53,993 bases of DNA. Origin: a virus (lineage: Duplodnaviria; Caudoviricetes). Below, piece by piece: positions 35,945-44,537 of the stretch. Within the stretch, counting starts at the first letter, position 1, and every line of letters begins with the position of its first letter. A program made the position numbers and the translations under genes. The notes beneath the pieces were generated by a model that was given only the letters and a program-made list of their open reading frames with translations, was not told the origin of the DNA and did no database searches. Location: positions 1-53,993 of the IMG/VR virus record IMGVR_UViG_3300049927_000029; one strand, written 5' to 3'.

Positions 35945-36456
35945 GGCTGCGGCCAGTCCTCGTTAATTGCTGAATCCATAGCGTCTGCATAAGCCTGCCA
36001 CGGGTTTAAAGGCCATTCGCGATTCATCGCGTAATCGAAAATGTCAGCGTGCAGAATGTAGCCAGGCAGTAGCTCTGCCCAATCCGGTGGGAGCAAAGGT
36101 CGATTCCTTACTTCACAGTTAACCTGATACTTCCAAAGGAATTTACCCGTTAGCTCGCCGCCTACTGGGGTTTCCGTAAACCTTACCTCTTGGGTATCGA
36201 AACCTAAAGGTGTAAGCAGCTCGATTTCGAACCATCCGGCTCCGACAACCTGCGCGGCCCACGCTTCAAACAACGATGCCTGCGGCGAAGTCATAATCCA
36301 GCGTAGCGAAACCATGGTCGGAACGTTGCGAAACTCGATACGCTGGCGAGCCCGTCCGCTGTCCATCGGCGTGCGACGGATATTGTTGACCGGCGTGAAC
36401 GCGTAGTTCTCCCGCAGCGGGCATGGCAGCCCTTCCGGGTAGACTGGAATTGGCAT
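35941..36456 (-). CDS. distal/minor tail protein
   Basis: RTPMDSGRARQR; follows the tape measure gene. Confidence 0.7.
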   Translation of the reverse strand: MPIPVYPEGLPCPLRENYAFTPVNNIRRTPMDSGRARQRIEFRNVPTMVSLRWIMTSPQASLFEAWAAQVVGAGWFEIELLTPLGFDTQEVRFTETPVGGELTGKFLWKYQVNCEVRNRPLLPPDWAELLPGYILHADIFDYAMNREWPLNPWQAYADAMDSAINEDWPQP

Positions 36457-39389
36457 CAGCGGCCCGCCGTCTGCAAACCGAACTTACGGCTCATCGCGTC
36501 AGCGGAGCGACCATCGCCCAGCAGATCCGCTACGAATACGTCAATCATCTTCTCCCCCTGGTCGCCGGTGCGTTCTTGAGATTGCCCGGCGCGTGATGCG
36601 TCTTCGATCAAGTTTACCGTAGTGCTGCCGGTTCCGGTTGGCGATTTTATATCGTTCAGCGTCTTGTCCAGTTTGGCGCTGGTCTGTGCTGTGGTCACGC
36701 GCTCCCCTTTCTGGAGCAGCCAGGTGCCGGTCTGCGGCACGGAGTCGATACCGTCGTGCGCCATGCCCGCCAGTGCTGAGGTGGCGACGCCGGCGACCAA
36801 GGGGGCCGCGAATGAGGCGGCTGCAGCTGCGGCCCCTGGCGCAAGGAAAGGGCCGACGATAGGAATTGCGGCAGTCGAAGCGAACGCCGCCAGTGATGCC
36901 TGGAAGGCGGTAGCCTGGGCATTCGCGATCAGGATGCCCGCCGCGCCGGCTTGAGCGGCTTTACCCGTTAGCAGTTGCACAGCTTGGTACACGATCCATT
37001 GCGCGGCCATCTTCTCCAGAGCACCGACGATAGAATTCAGCATACTTAGTCCGAGCTGGGCGAACGCATCCCCTACGCTGCTGGTGCCGCGAATGATGCT
37101 GTCAAGGAATGTCGCTGTGCTACTGGTTAAGCCGTCCAGGGCTCCTGAAACGAAGTCCGCAGCTTGTTGGCTATAATTTTGAGCCGTATCCGCGTAGTTC
37201 GCCCATGCTTCAGAGGCGCCGAGGAAGAACGAACCCTGCGCTTCGTCAACCTGGTTGTAGTAGTCCTGCTGCATGACGACGCGGGCGGCGAGAGACTCTT
37301 GAAGCTTGGTGCTTTCTTGAGCGAACAGGTCGTCGCTGATCTGCCCTTTGTTGTGCTGGGCCTCTAGGCGGCTTAGCTCGGATTGATATTCCTTGCGGAT
37401 CGAAATGTCTTCCTTGAGTCGGTCCCGCGTTTTGTTGCCTTGCCCTAGCCCAGTCAGCTGGCTGTTCAGCACATCTTGCGCGCTGCTCAGTTTCGAATCT
37501 TGCGTGTCTTGGAACGCCTGAAGCTTCTGCGCCTCTTCGTAACTAGTTTTGCGCGCAGCGACTTCCTGCTCGAGAGCCACGTTGCGCTTAAGCTGCGCCG
37601 TGATAAGCGCCTCGTTAGCGAGCAGCGATTTCTGGTCGGCCGTCTGAATGTCTTTCGACTTGATATCAGCGATCTGCTGCTGGAATTTAGCCAGTTCCTG
37701 CGCTTGCGCCCCGAGCGTTTTATACTTGCCGGTTTGCTCGTCTACCGAATCCGATTGAAGCTGAAGCGCCGCATTCTGCTGACGTAGTGTGTCCAGCATT
37801 TTCTGGCCGGCGTCTTCACGAACGGCGGGAGTCTTTTTGACGGCGGGATCTTTGTACTTTTCGTTAATCGCGGCGATGTCTTTCGCTTGCCGCTCTGCAG
37901 AAATGAGCAAAGATTTATCGCCGGAAGCACTGGCCGCAGTTACCCGACGTTCGACCAGTTCACGATATTGGCCGAGCTCCCGCGCCCGTTTATCTGCGTT
38001 GCTTTCAGTCTCTCGCCGCAGCTTATCCAGTTCGACCTGGTCGCGTAGTGCGGTAGCTTGCTGCTCCTGCTGAAAGCCTTTCGATGCGGCGCGGCGGTCC
38101 TGTTCGTTTTTCAGGATCAGCTTTTGGGTTTTGTCGGCTTCGAGAGCTTGTTCACGGAAATCATCCGCCGGCGCGACGCCATTACCGCGGGTATTATTGT
38201 TCGCGCGAGCATTGGCGATTGCGTTGAGCTGATCGTCAAGCTTCTTGATCTGCTGATCGAGGGTGTCTTCACGACCGATGTTAAGAGCGGCATCCCATGC
38301 GGCCTTAGCTGCGCTCTTAACGGCGTTCCATCCGGTCTCTAAGGTCCCTAGGTTCTTCTGCACAGCCGTAGCCGTGCGCCCGAGCGCTTCCTCGTAGGCG
38401 GTGTTAGCTACTGCTGCCGCTTCCTGCACGTTGCCTTGCTCTTGGAGCGCTTTGATGTGCTCGTAAGTCGTGGCCGTCAGGAAGTTCATGGTTTCGTTAA
38501 GCTTGAGAATTTCCGCCGCCGGATCTTTGGCGATCTTCTCGAAGTTCTTGACCGTCTCTTCTGCCGCTTGTCCTGTCGCCTTCTCGAAAGCGATAGCTGC
38601 TACCGCGATACCTTCAAACGCTTCTTTCGGGATGAGTGTCGATGCGGCCAGTTGGGCTAAAACGCCCGAAGCTTTGCCGACAGTGCCGCCTGTTAGGGAG
38701 ATCTGCTGCGCCAAGTCCGAAAGCTGCGCAGTAGTGGTGCCGGCGGTGTTACCGGACGTCGCTAGGGCGCTGCTGAAAGCTGTTGTCTCGTCACTGCCCT
38801 GTTTATAGGCCAGGGCGAGCACAGCCGCAGCACCAGCTGCGATAGTGAAGGGATTGATCAGGCCGAGAACGTAACCGCCGAGGGCTTTCGCCGCGGGGCC
38901 GATGCCGCCGAACATGTCCTTGAGCTGGCCGCCCTGTTGCAGGAAGACAGTAAGTGGCGCCTGTCCCGATTGGAGCGAGACGGCTATGTCGGTGAACTGG
39001 GCCGGAACGTTTCGAAGGTTTGCGGCCATTGCCTTGGCCGAGATACCCTGCTGATTGAAGCCTCTGGTATTCGCCCCGATAGCTTTATCGGTCGCCGCCA
39101 AGGAATTGCGGGTCTCCTCAAGCTTCTTGCGGTAGACCTCATAGTCGTCAGTAGGAAGCCGCCCCGCCTTGCGGTGGGCCTCTAGCTGCTGCTCCATCCT
39201 GTCGAGGCGGGAGTACGCGGCAACCGTAGGGTCGATCTGACCGATCAGCTTGTCAAGAGCCTGAGCTTGAAAATTCGCCTCTTTGGTGGCGGACTTCAAA
39301 GCCCGTTCGGCCTGATTCATGCCTCTCTCGAAGCCGGCGGTATTCGCGACGAGATCCAGTGTCAACTGCCCAAGACTGGCCGTACTCAT
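36456..39389 (-). CDS. tail tape measure protein
   Basis: 977 aa, Ala-rich, QQGGQLKDMFGG, GMAHDGID. Confidence 0.9.
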   Translation of the reverse strand: MSTASLGQLTLDLVANTAGFERGMNQAERALKSATKEANFQAQALDKLIGQIDPTVAAYSRLDRMEQQLEAHRKAGRLPTDDYEVYRKKLEETRNSLAATDKAIGANTRGFNQQGISAKAMAANLRNVPAQFTDIAVSLQSGQAPLTVFLQQGGQLKDMFGGIGPAAKALGGYVLGLINPFTIAAGAAAVLALAYKQGSDETTAFSSALATSGNTAGTTTAQLSDLAQQISLTGGTVGKASGVLAQLAASTLIPKEAFEGIAVAAIAFEKATGQAAEETVKNFEKIAKDPAAEILKLNETMNFLTATTYEHIKALQEQGNVQEAAAVANTAYEEALGRTATAVQKNLGTLETGWNAVKSAAKAAWDAALNIGREDTLDQQIKKLDDQLNAIANARANNNTRGNGVAPADDFREQALEADKTQKLILKNEQDRRAASKGFQQEQQATALRDQVELDKLRRETESNADKRARELGQYRELVERRVTAASASGDKSLLISAERQAKDIAAINEKYKDPAVKKTPAVREDAGQKMLDTLRQQNAALQLQSDSVDEQTGKYKTLGAQAQELAKFQQQIADIKSKDIQTADQKSLLANEALITAQLKRNVALEQEVAARKTSYEEAQKLQAFQDTQDSKLSSAQDVLNSQLTGLGQGNKTRDRLKEDISIRKEYQSELSRLEAQHNKGQISDDLFAQESTKLQESLAARVVMQQDYYNQVDEAQGSFFLGASEAWANYADTAQNYSQQAADFVSGALDGLTSSTATFLDSIIRGTSSVGDAFAQLGLSMLNSIVGALEKMAAQWIVYQAVQLLTGKAAQAGAAGILIANAQATAFQASLAAFASTAAIPIVGPFLAPGAAAAAASFAAPLVAGVATSALAGMAHDGIDSVPQTGTWLLQKGERVTTAQTSAKLDKTLNDIKSPTGTGSTTVNLIEDASRAGQSQERTGDQGEKMIDVFVADLLGDGRSADAMSRKFGLQTAGR

Positions 39390-39391
39390 TG

Positions 39392-39705
39392 CTAGGGCTT
39401 CCTGGATGCTTGCAACACCCGCATGAAATCTTGCGGTGTGGCGATTTTCAGTTCGTCGTCAGATTCCCGGTTAGGGATGAAATCTGCGACCTTTACCTTC
39501 TTGTTGCCCATCAGCTGCGCGGCGGTAGTACAGATCAGCGCGGCGGCCTGCTCTATGCGTTCAGCGATGTTCAGACCCCCATGGCGCTGCATGTAACGAG
39601 CCCATTGCCGCGCTTCGACCAGTGACATGTTCTGTTGGGCTTCGGCGATCGTGCGACCGCCGATACCGTTCATAACTAGTTCGAACCAGAGGTCTTCCGG
39701 GGGCT
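39392..39705 (-). CDS. tail assembly chaperone C-terminal (T-like) frame
   Basis: -1 frame PPEDLWFELVMNGIGGRTIAE overlaps the end of the upstream chaperone. Confidence 0.65.
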
Positions 39706-40056
39706 CGTCTTTGCTGATTGTGCTTCGTTAACCGCAGAGATCAAGGCCAGGAACAGCGTGTCGCAGATCGGACCGCGATCCGGGGAAGCGGTGCCGAGTA
39801 CATCAGCAGTCGTGAAGACCGGACCGCCATTCTCGTCGCACACCATGGTCGCGATCCGTGCAGCCAGGTGTTCCTGGTTACCCTCAGCAGCTTTCCAGGT
39901 GTTCGTAATCGTGTGGTACGACGCCAGTCGCACGTAGATTTCAGCTATCTGCTCTACGCCTTCGGTGTTGTGCCACTTGATTTCGCGCTTCACGAATGGT
40001 TCAGCGGCGCTAACAAAAGCGCCGGCTTCCACGAGGTCTTTAAGGTTGAAGGCCAT
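39676..40056 (-). CDS. tail assembly chaperone (G-like)
   Basis: position after the tail tube gene. Confidence 0.75.
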   Translation of the reverse strand: MAFNLKDLVEAGAFVSAAEPFVKREIKWHNTEGVEQIAEIYVRLASYHTITNTWKAAEGNQEHLAARIATMVCDENGGPVFTTADVLGTASPDRGPICDTLFLALISAVNEAQSAKTSPRKTSGSN

Positions 40057-40059
40057 GGA

Positions 40060-40542
40060 TTAGCTCGACGATTTAGGAATGAGAACCGGTTCGCCGGACA
40101 CTTGAATGCCGACGGTCGAGGTGACCATGGTGTTCAAGCCGAAGGTGAACGGGTAGCTGTTCATGTAGCCCTCGAAAACGATCCAACTACGGGTTGGCGG
40201 CAAAACGAACTCGTCATCACCGGAACTATCAGTGCCAACAGTTGGCAGTGTGGTGCCGTCCGAGAAACCGATAGCCCACTTCAGCGTGGTGCCTGCGGTC
40301 TTCAGCTGGTGCAATCGGATGTGCGCCGGGTCGGAAGGGTCGAACTGCAAACCGAACGTAGCCGCGCCCGGAGTGGCTAGGCCGGCTTCGTAGGTGCGCG
40401 CCAGGTCGTTGAGACAGGTCGTTTCGATTTGATCGATGGCGGTGTCGATGCCGTCGATAGAGGTGATACAACCCACGTCCAACAGGGTGCCTGTTGCTGG
40501 GTCGATGGCAACCAGGTCGCTGCCCTGTGCTTTTATGGTCAT
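40060..40542 (-). CDS. major tail tube protein
   Basis: IETTCL..GLATPG..FEGY..SGEP. Confidence 0.85.
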   Translation of the reverse strand: MTIKAQGSDLVAIDPATGTLLDVGCITSIDGIDTAIDQIETTCLNDLARTYEAGLATPGAATFGLQFDPSDPAHIRLHQLKTAGTTLKWAIGFSDGTTLPTVGTDSSGDDEFVLPPTRSWIVFEGYMNSYPFTFGLNTMVTSTVGIQVSGEPVLIPKSSS

Positions 40543-40607
40543 GGTGTAGCCTCGTGGAAGTGGGGAACGTTCGGCGGAAGCATACCATGCGGCGGGGGTT
40601 TCGCAAA

Positions 40608-40973
40608 TTAGCGATTGACTAACCAGTTGAGGTCGAACCCTGTTCGGTAAAGCAGGGTGTCCGGCTCGCGGTCGGTGCCCTTATAGGACGTTACGTGACA
40701 GTCCATTTCCACGGCGTAGCGTATCGCTTCGGCGACTGTAGAGCTTGACTGCGCGGTGGTGCCGTACACATCCACCTGGAGCACTGCGCGGTCTGCTTTA
40801 GGCCGGCAGTTCAGCGTGTTGAACGGGTCACCGTCGATCCACTGATAGACGACGTAGGGTTTTACGACGTTCTGCGGACTGGCCCCAAACGGATAAATTC
40901 GGGGGAGTGCGCCGCCGAGCAATGCCTGGACGGCCGTATCCGCTTTGCACACGTTGAAGAATGGAGTATCCAT
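40608..40973 (-). CDS. tail terminator (DUF3168-like)
   Basis: RIYP..PYVVY..LQVDVYG. Confidence 0.8.
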   Translation of the reverse strand: MDTPFFNVCKADTAVQALLGGALPRIYPFGASPQNVVKPYVVYQWIDGDPFNTLNCRPKADRAVLQVDVYGTTAQSSSTVAEAIRYAVEMDCHVTSYKGTDREPDTLLYRTGFDLNWLVNR

Positions 40974-41419
40974 CAGTTGAGCCCGAGGTCAATTAATTTG
41001 AGTTTGGCGACGCTAAGGAATTCTTGAAACACGGCCTGCTGGTTCTGATTCAACGCGTTACGCATGAAAGGGTGTGCGCGGCTGCGACTGGTCCCTAATT
41101 CAAGGAAAAGAGCTGCGTAATAAGTGTTGCCGCCGCCTACGCCGCGTTTCCGTTTGCGTACACCGACGGATACCTTGGTCGAGCCCGTCTCCTCGAAATA
41201 CTTCTTATCTTCAATCATGTCCAGGTTCTTCGGGATGTAATTCGGCGTCTCTGGGTTATCCAGGGCAGACGCACGGTCTTTAGCATCTGTTAACACGATC
41301 TGCATCGCTTCCTTCGCGGCGGGCACAACAATTTCGCGTTGCAGCTTTTGGGGCAGGGTCTTAAAGATCCTCGACAGTTCGTCAGCGCCCTTAAGCTTGT
41401 ATGTGATCCAATCGGCCAT
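40973..41419 (-). CDS. HK97 gp10-like tail component
   Basis: FLELGTSRSRAHPFMRNAL. Confidence 0.8.
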   Translation of the reverse strand: MADWITYKLKGADELSRIFKTLPQKLQREIVVPAAKEAMQIVLTDAKDRASALDNPETPNYIPKNLDMIEDKKYFEETGSTKVSVGVRKRKRGVGGGNTYYAALFLELGTSRSRAHPFMRNALNQNQQAVFQEFLSVAKLKLIDLGLN

Positions 41420-41456
41420 GTCGTCGCCCTCGGTTTGAGCGGAGTTTATCACAGGC

Positions 41457-41486
41457 AAGAAAAAGCCGCCCTAGGGAGGCGGCTTT
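41457..41486 (-). terminator. rho-independent terminator
   Basis: AAAGCCGCC/GGCGGCTTT stem with T-tract on the - strand. Confidence 0.75.
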
Positions 41487-41541
41487 GACTACAACACCGA
41501 AAGATTTGGGCTTCTACGAGAGGCCTATCGGTTAATGGTTA

Positions 41542-42159
41542 TCAGGATAACCTTTTAAACGCAAACGATGTAATACCCTCGCGGCCTAAATCCGTCTCGG
41601 CATGATTGACTTCCATAACCTGAAAGCCGAGCGCCTCAACCCAGTTTATGAAACCCGGCAAAGACCAGTAAAAAATATGCTCGCCAGGCTTGAAATGTTT
41701 GGAGGCTAGCCATTCTTCCGCAGAGTCGCACAACGGCAGCGAAACGAAGAACCAGTCGTCGACCTGCGCCAAAAGCTTTTCGGGTTCCGGGATGTGCTCC
41801 AGGCTATCCCAACAGGTGACGTGCGAAACTTTTTCGGAGTAGGGGTCTTTGTAGGAGCCGGTTTGCTTTAGCCACTCAACCGCTTCGCTGCTCACGTCAT
41901 AGCCGTCGCCCCACGACTCTTTGACGTAGCGCCCGCCGCCGATACCGATGTCGACGCCTAGACAGGCCTTCGTGTACTTCTCGACCAGTTTCAGTCGGGC
42001 TTTGGTCAGCAGGCCGCCCATGGGCGTTTCGTCGAGCTTCTGGTAATGGGCGAAGTATTCACCGCTGTAGGTCATCGGTGGCGAGCTATGCCATCCGAAG
42101 CCCTTTTCAGGGCTCCAAACGAAGGTGTCGGTCAGCCCACTGGGCAAGCTTTGAGTCAT
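41542..42159 (-). CDS. class I SAM-dependent methyltransferase
   Basis: VDIGIGGG, GYDV, WDSLEHIPEP. Confidence 0.75.
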   Translation of the reverse strand: MTQSLPSGLTDTFVWSPEKGFGWHSSPPMTYSGEYFAHYQKLDETPMGGLLTKARLKLVEKYTKACLGVDIGIGGGRYVKESWGDGYDVSSEAVEWLKQTGSYKDPYSEKVSHVTCWDSLEHIPEPEKLLAQVDDWFFVSLPLCDSAEEWLASKHFKPGEHIFYWSLPGFINWVEALGFQVMEVNHAETDLGREGITSFAFKRLS

Positions 42160-42937
42160 AATCTGAAATCCTCTTATCGCAGCCATGCTGCTTCAGTTTG
42201 CACCGGCAGAAGTTGTCCGGCACCGCGAAGGTAATTGTACTACCGGAAGGGCAGATTAGCTCCGGCGCATTGAAGCCGCCTTGGCCTCCGCAGATGATCC
42301 ACGCGGGAACCTTAGCCGCGAGCGCAGCCGGCACCAGCCAGCCAATGCCGCCGATCACCGCCGAGGCGTTAGCGACGAGCGACAACAGTTGTTCGACCGG
42401 CAGTTCGCCTTTGTGGTATCGCTTGTCTGCGTGTGGTAATGGCTCTACGGCCCACTCCACGCCATCTACTAGGTCGGCTACGCTAATCACTCGATACCCA
42501 CGGCGCATGGCTTCAGCAGCCGCCCACGCGATGTACTCGGGGTCAGGGTTGCGGGTATCCGCCCGCCACTCACTGCGCACTGTAGCTGGCCGCACGACAA
42601 CGTACTTACCTCGCTCAGGAGAGGGTGGAAGCGGTGGGAGGTCGAACACGCCCGGCATTACGCCAAAGCACGCTGTCATGCCGGGAATGATGCCCTCGGC
42701 GCCGTAGCGGATCTGTCGGGTAGGTTGGCGCGTCGGCGGCATTACCCAATCGGCATGGCGCGCGATGTTCTTCGCCTGGGTGCGCAGCGTGGTTTGCGGA
42801 CGGATGAAGTGAACGCCTTCAATTCCTGCGTGGATTTCCGGCCAGGGTGTGTCGAGGTATACCGGTTTCGGAAGCTGCTTGATGAAGGCGCGTTCGTAGA
42901 TGTTGTCGCCTAAGCCGCGGTGACAGTGGATGATCAT
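42107..42937 (-). CDS. glycosyltransferase (GT9/GT-B-like)
   Basis: N-terminal RGLGDNI; LVANASAVIG..PAALAAKVP. Confidence 0.65.
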   Translation of the reverse strand: MIIHCHRGLGDNIYERAFIKQLPKPVYLDTPWPEIHAGIEGVHFIRPQTTLRTQAKNIARHADWVMPPTRQPTRQIRYGAEGIIPGMTACFGVMPGVFDLPPLPPSPERGKYVVVRPATVRSEWRADTRNPDPEYIAWAAAEAMRRGYRVISVADLVDGVEWAVEPLPHADKRYHKGELPVEQLLSLVANASAVIGGIGWLVPAALAAKVPAWIICGGQGGFNAPELICPSGSTITFAVPDNFCRCKLKQHGCDKRISDYDSKLAQWADRHLRLEP

Positions 42938-42949
42938 AAAACCTCGTTC

Positions 42950-42973
42950 AAAAAGAACCCGCCGAAGCGGGTC
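42950..42973 (-). terminator. rho-independent terminator after tRNA
   Basis: GACCCGC-TTCG-GCGGGTT-CTTTTT on the - strand. Confidence 0.75.
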
Positions 42974-43046
42974 AAGGAGGGCACGACGGGAATAGGCCTC
43001 GGAATTTTTATCGAGGCTCCGAGTCCTCTTTTTGGCGCTGGTTGAC

Positions 43047-43122
43047 TGGCGACGAGGCTAGGACTCGAACCTAGAACGCACGGCTTTGGAGGCCGGCATG
43101 TTGCCAATTACACTACCTGGTC
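43047..43122 (-). tRNA. tRNA-Trp (CCA)
   Basis: 76-nt cloverleaf; loop CTCCAAA; GGTTCGAGTCC; G73 and encoded CCA. Confidence 0.85.
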
Positions 43123-43131
43123 AAATTCTTT

Positions 43132-43299
43132 GTAGGTTCCGGCGCTGAACTCCGGATCAATTGGGTGGGAGTCGAACCCGCAACGCGCCCCTTTCGAGAG
43201 CCGCTCTACCGGTGAGCTACACAATTAGGCGATCCTGTCACCCGGTCTAGAAATCCGGTCACCTATCACGCTTATCGCATCAGCCTGCGCATTCCCTAC
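43132..43299 (-). ncRNA. structured RNA containing a degenerate tRNA-like module
   Basis: closing stem GTAGG/CCTAC, complementary loops GCTGA/TCAGC, internal TAGCTCA..GGTAGAGC and GGTTCGACTCC. Confidence 0.6.
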
Positions 43300-43306
43300 G
43301 ACCCGA

Positions 43307-43335
43307 ACTCTAGTCACTCGCATCACAAGTGTCAA
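43307..43335 (-). promoter_or_regulatory. sigma70 promoter for ncRNA-tRNA unit
   Basis: TTGACA-N17-TAGAGT on the - strand, predicted +1 near 43300. Confidence 0.7.
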
Positions 43336-43870
43336 CAACCTTTTGCAACTCTTTTTCCAACATGCCTAAACGATACGCTGAAAGCGAAGTCTCTCTACTG
43401 CAATTCACGACGTCAGCCTTCCGCGCTAACCGGGTGTGTTGCTTGTTCCACTTCCTGCACAACGCTTCGTCGGGGTTCTTCGTATCGGTATGGTCGCCGT
43501 GCCAGTGCGTACCGCTTTGCACCGTGCAGTCATACCCGAGAAGCAAAACGCGTTCCGCGCCTAGCTGAAAGGCCAGTTCGATCGCTCTCAAGCCCGAATT
43601 ATATTCACCGTAAGCGGTGTGCAGGTTCAAAGAGTGTTTTGCGGATGCCTGGCGGGTACACGTCCACCGCTTAGAGCCTTCGGGCACTTCACTAATATAA
43701 GCATCCCACCACGCGAGATCACCCGCGTAAAGGTGATCGCACCATGGGGCTAGCTGCCAGGAGTTGTTCACAGCGATTGTAGGGAGGCCGGAGGCGCGGA
43801 CCCGTTCGCAATCGTGCGCGTTGAGGCTTGGGCCGGAGGCGATGCAGACGAAGGTTTTAGAGGATTGCAC
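43310..43870 (-). CDS. MAF/DUF115-like glycosyltransferase-fold protein
   Basis: CIASGPSL..IAVNN..NSG..AIELAFQLGAERVLLLGYD; GTG start with AGGA SD. Confidence 0.65.
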   Translation of the reverse strand: MQSSKTFVCIASGPSLNAHDCERVRASGLPTIAVNNSWQLAPWCDHLYAGDLAWWDAYISEVPEGSKRWTCTRQASAKHSLNLHTAYGEYNSGLRAIELAFQLGAERVLLLGYDCTVQSGTHWHGDHTDTKNPDEALCRKWNKQHTRLARKADVVNCSRETSLSAYRLGMLEKELQKVVDTCDASD

Positions 43871-44198
43871 GTGGCTGGTGTTCCTATTCTGGTAGCGCGC
43901 CCCTGAGTGACGTTGCTTACAGCCATGGCATACAGGTATCGACTTACATGTAGGACTTGTCCGGGAACTCAGATCCCGACTCCAGTGATGCGAAACGGTG
44001 GCCGCTGTCCGAAGAGACGCATTATTAAGCCATTCGCCGCACGTGCTTCTAGTTACGATTGGTAGCGGCATCTTAAACGGCTACCCGGCGTCCTCTACAC
44101 GGCTTGGTCAGGCGCGAGACACCACAGTCAATGTGCACGAACTTGGCACCCGAGGGTGGTAAAACATCCGTTTAGCTCAAATAAGTGACCCGAACATT

Positions 44199-44537
44199 CT
44201 AACCTTGATTCAAGCCCAAAGATACTGGTGCGCTCACATAGTCGCGCCCGCTTTCCTGATCCGGCAGCCACGCGTGAACATTGTAGATATCGCCATTGTG
44301 CAAAATGCGTTGCTTGGCATTCAGGCCGGGGCGCTGGCGGATAACGATGCGCGCGATGATCTCGGATTGGATCGCCGCTGCGGCCAGGAATTCCCGACCG
44401 CTGGCCGGAGCAATGCGCGCCGGGACGTTCTCAAATACGGTTACCCAAGCTTCAGTAAAGCCGCCCGTATCAGGATCGCGGACTTCGGTCCAGTCTTGGA
44501 TATCCACCCGGTGGCGGTACTGGCCGGCGCGGCTCAT
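44199..44537 (-). CDS. head closure protein
   Basis: AGQYRHRVDIQ..PASGREF. Confidence 0.85.
   Translation of the reverse strand: MSRAGQYRHRVDIQDWTEVRDPDTGGFTEAWVTVFENVPARIAPASGREFLAAAAIQSEIIARIVIRQRPGLNAKQRILHNGDIYNVHAWLPDQESGRDYVSAPVSLGLNQG

Noticed and set aside
43155-43226. Functional second tRNA (Phe-like GAA)
   Set aside because: Bulged acceptor stem, short anticodon stem, no U33 and no CCA; kept only as part of the larger RNA.
43871-44071. 67-aa N-terminal extension of the ORF-track protein 43310..44071
   Set aside because: Looks non-protein-like; family motifs start after the SD-backed GTG at 43870.
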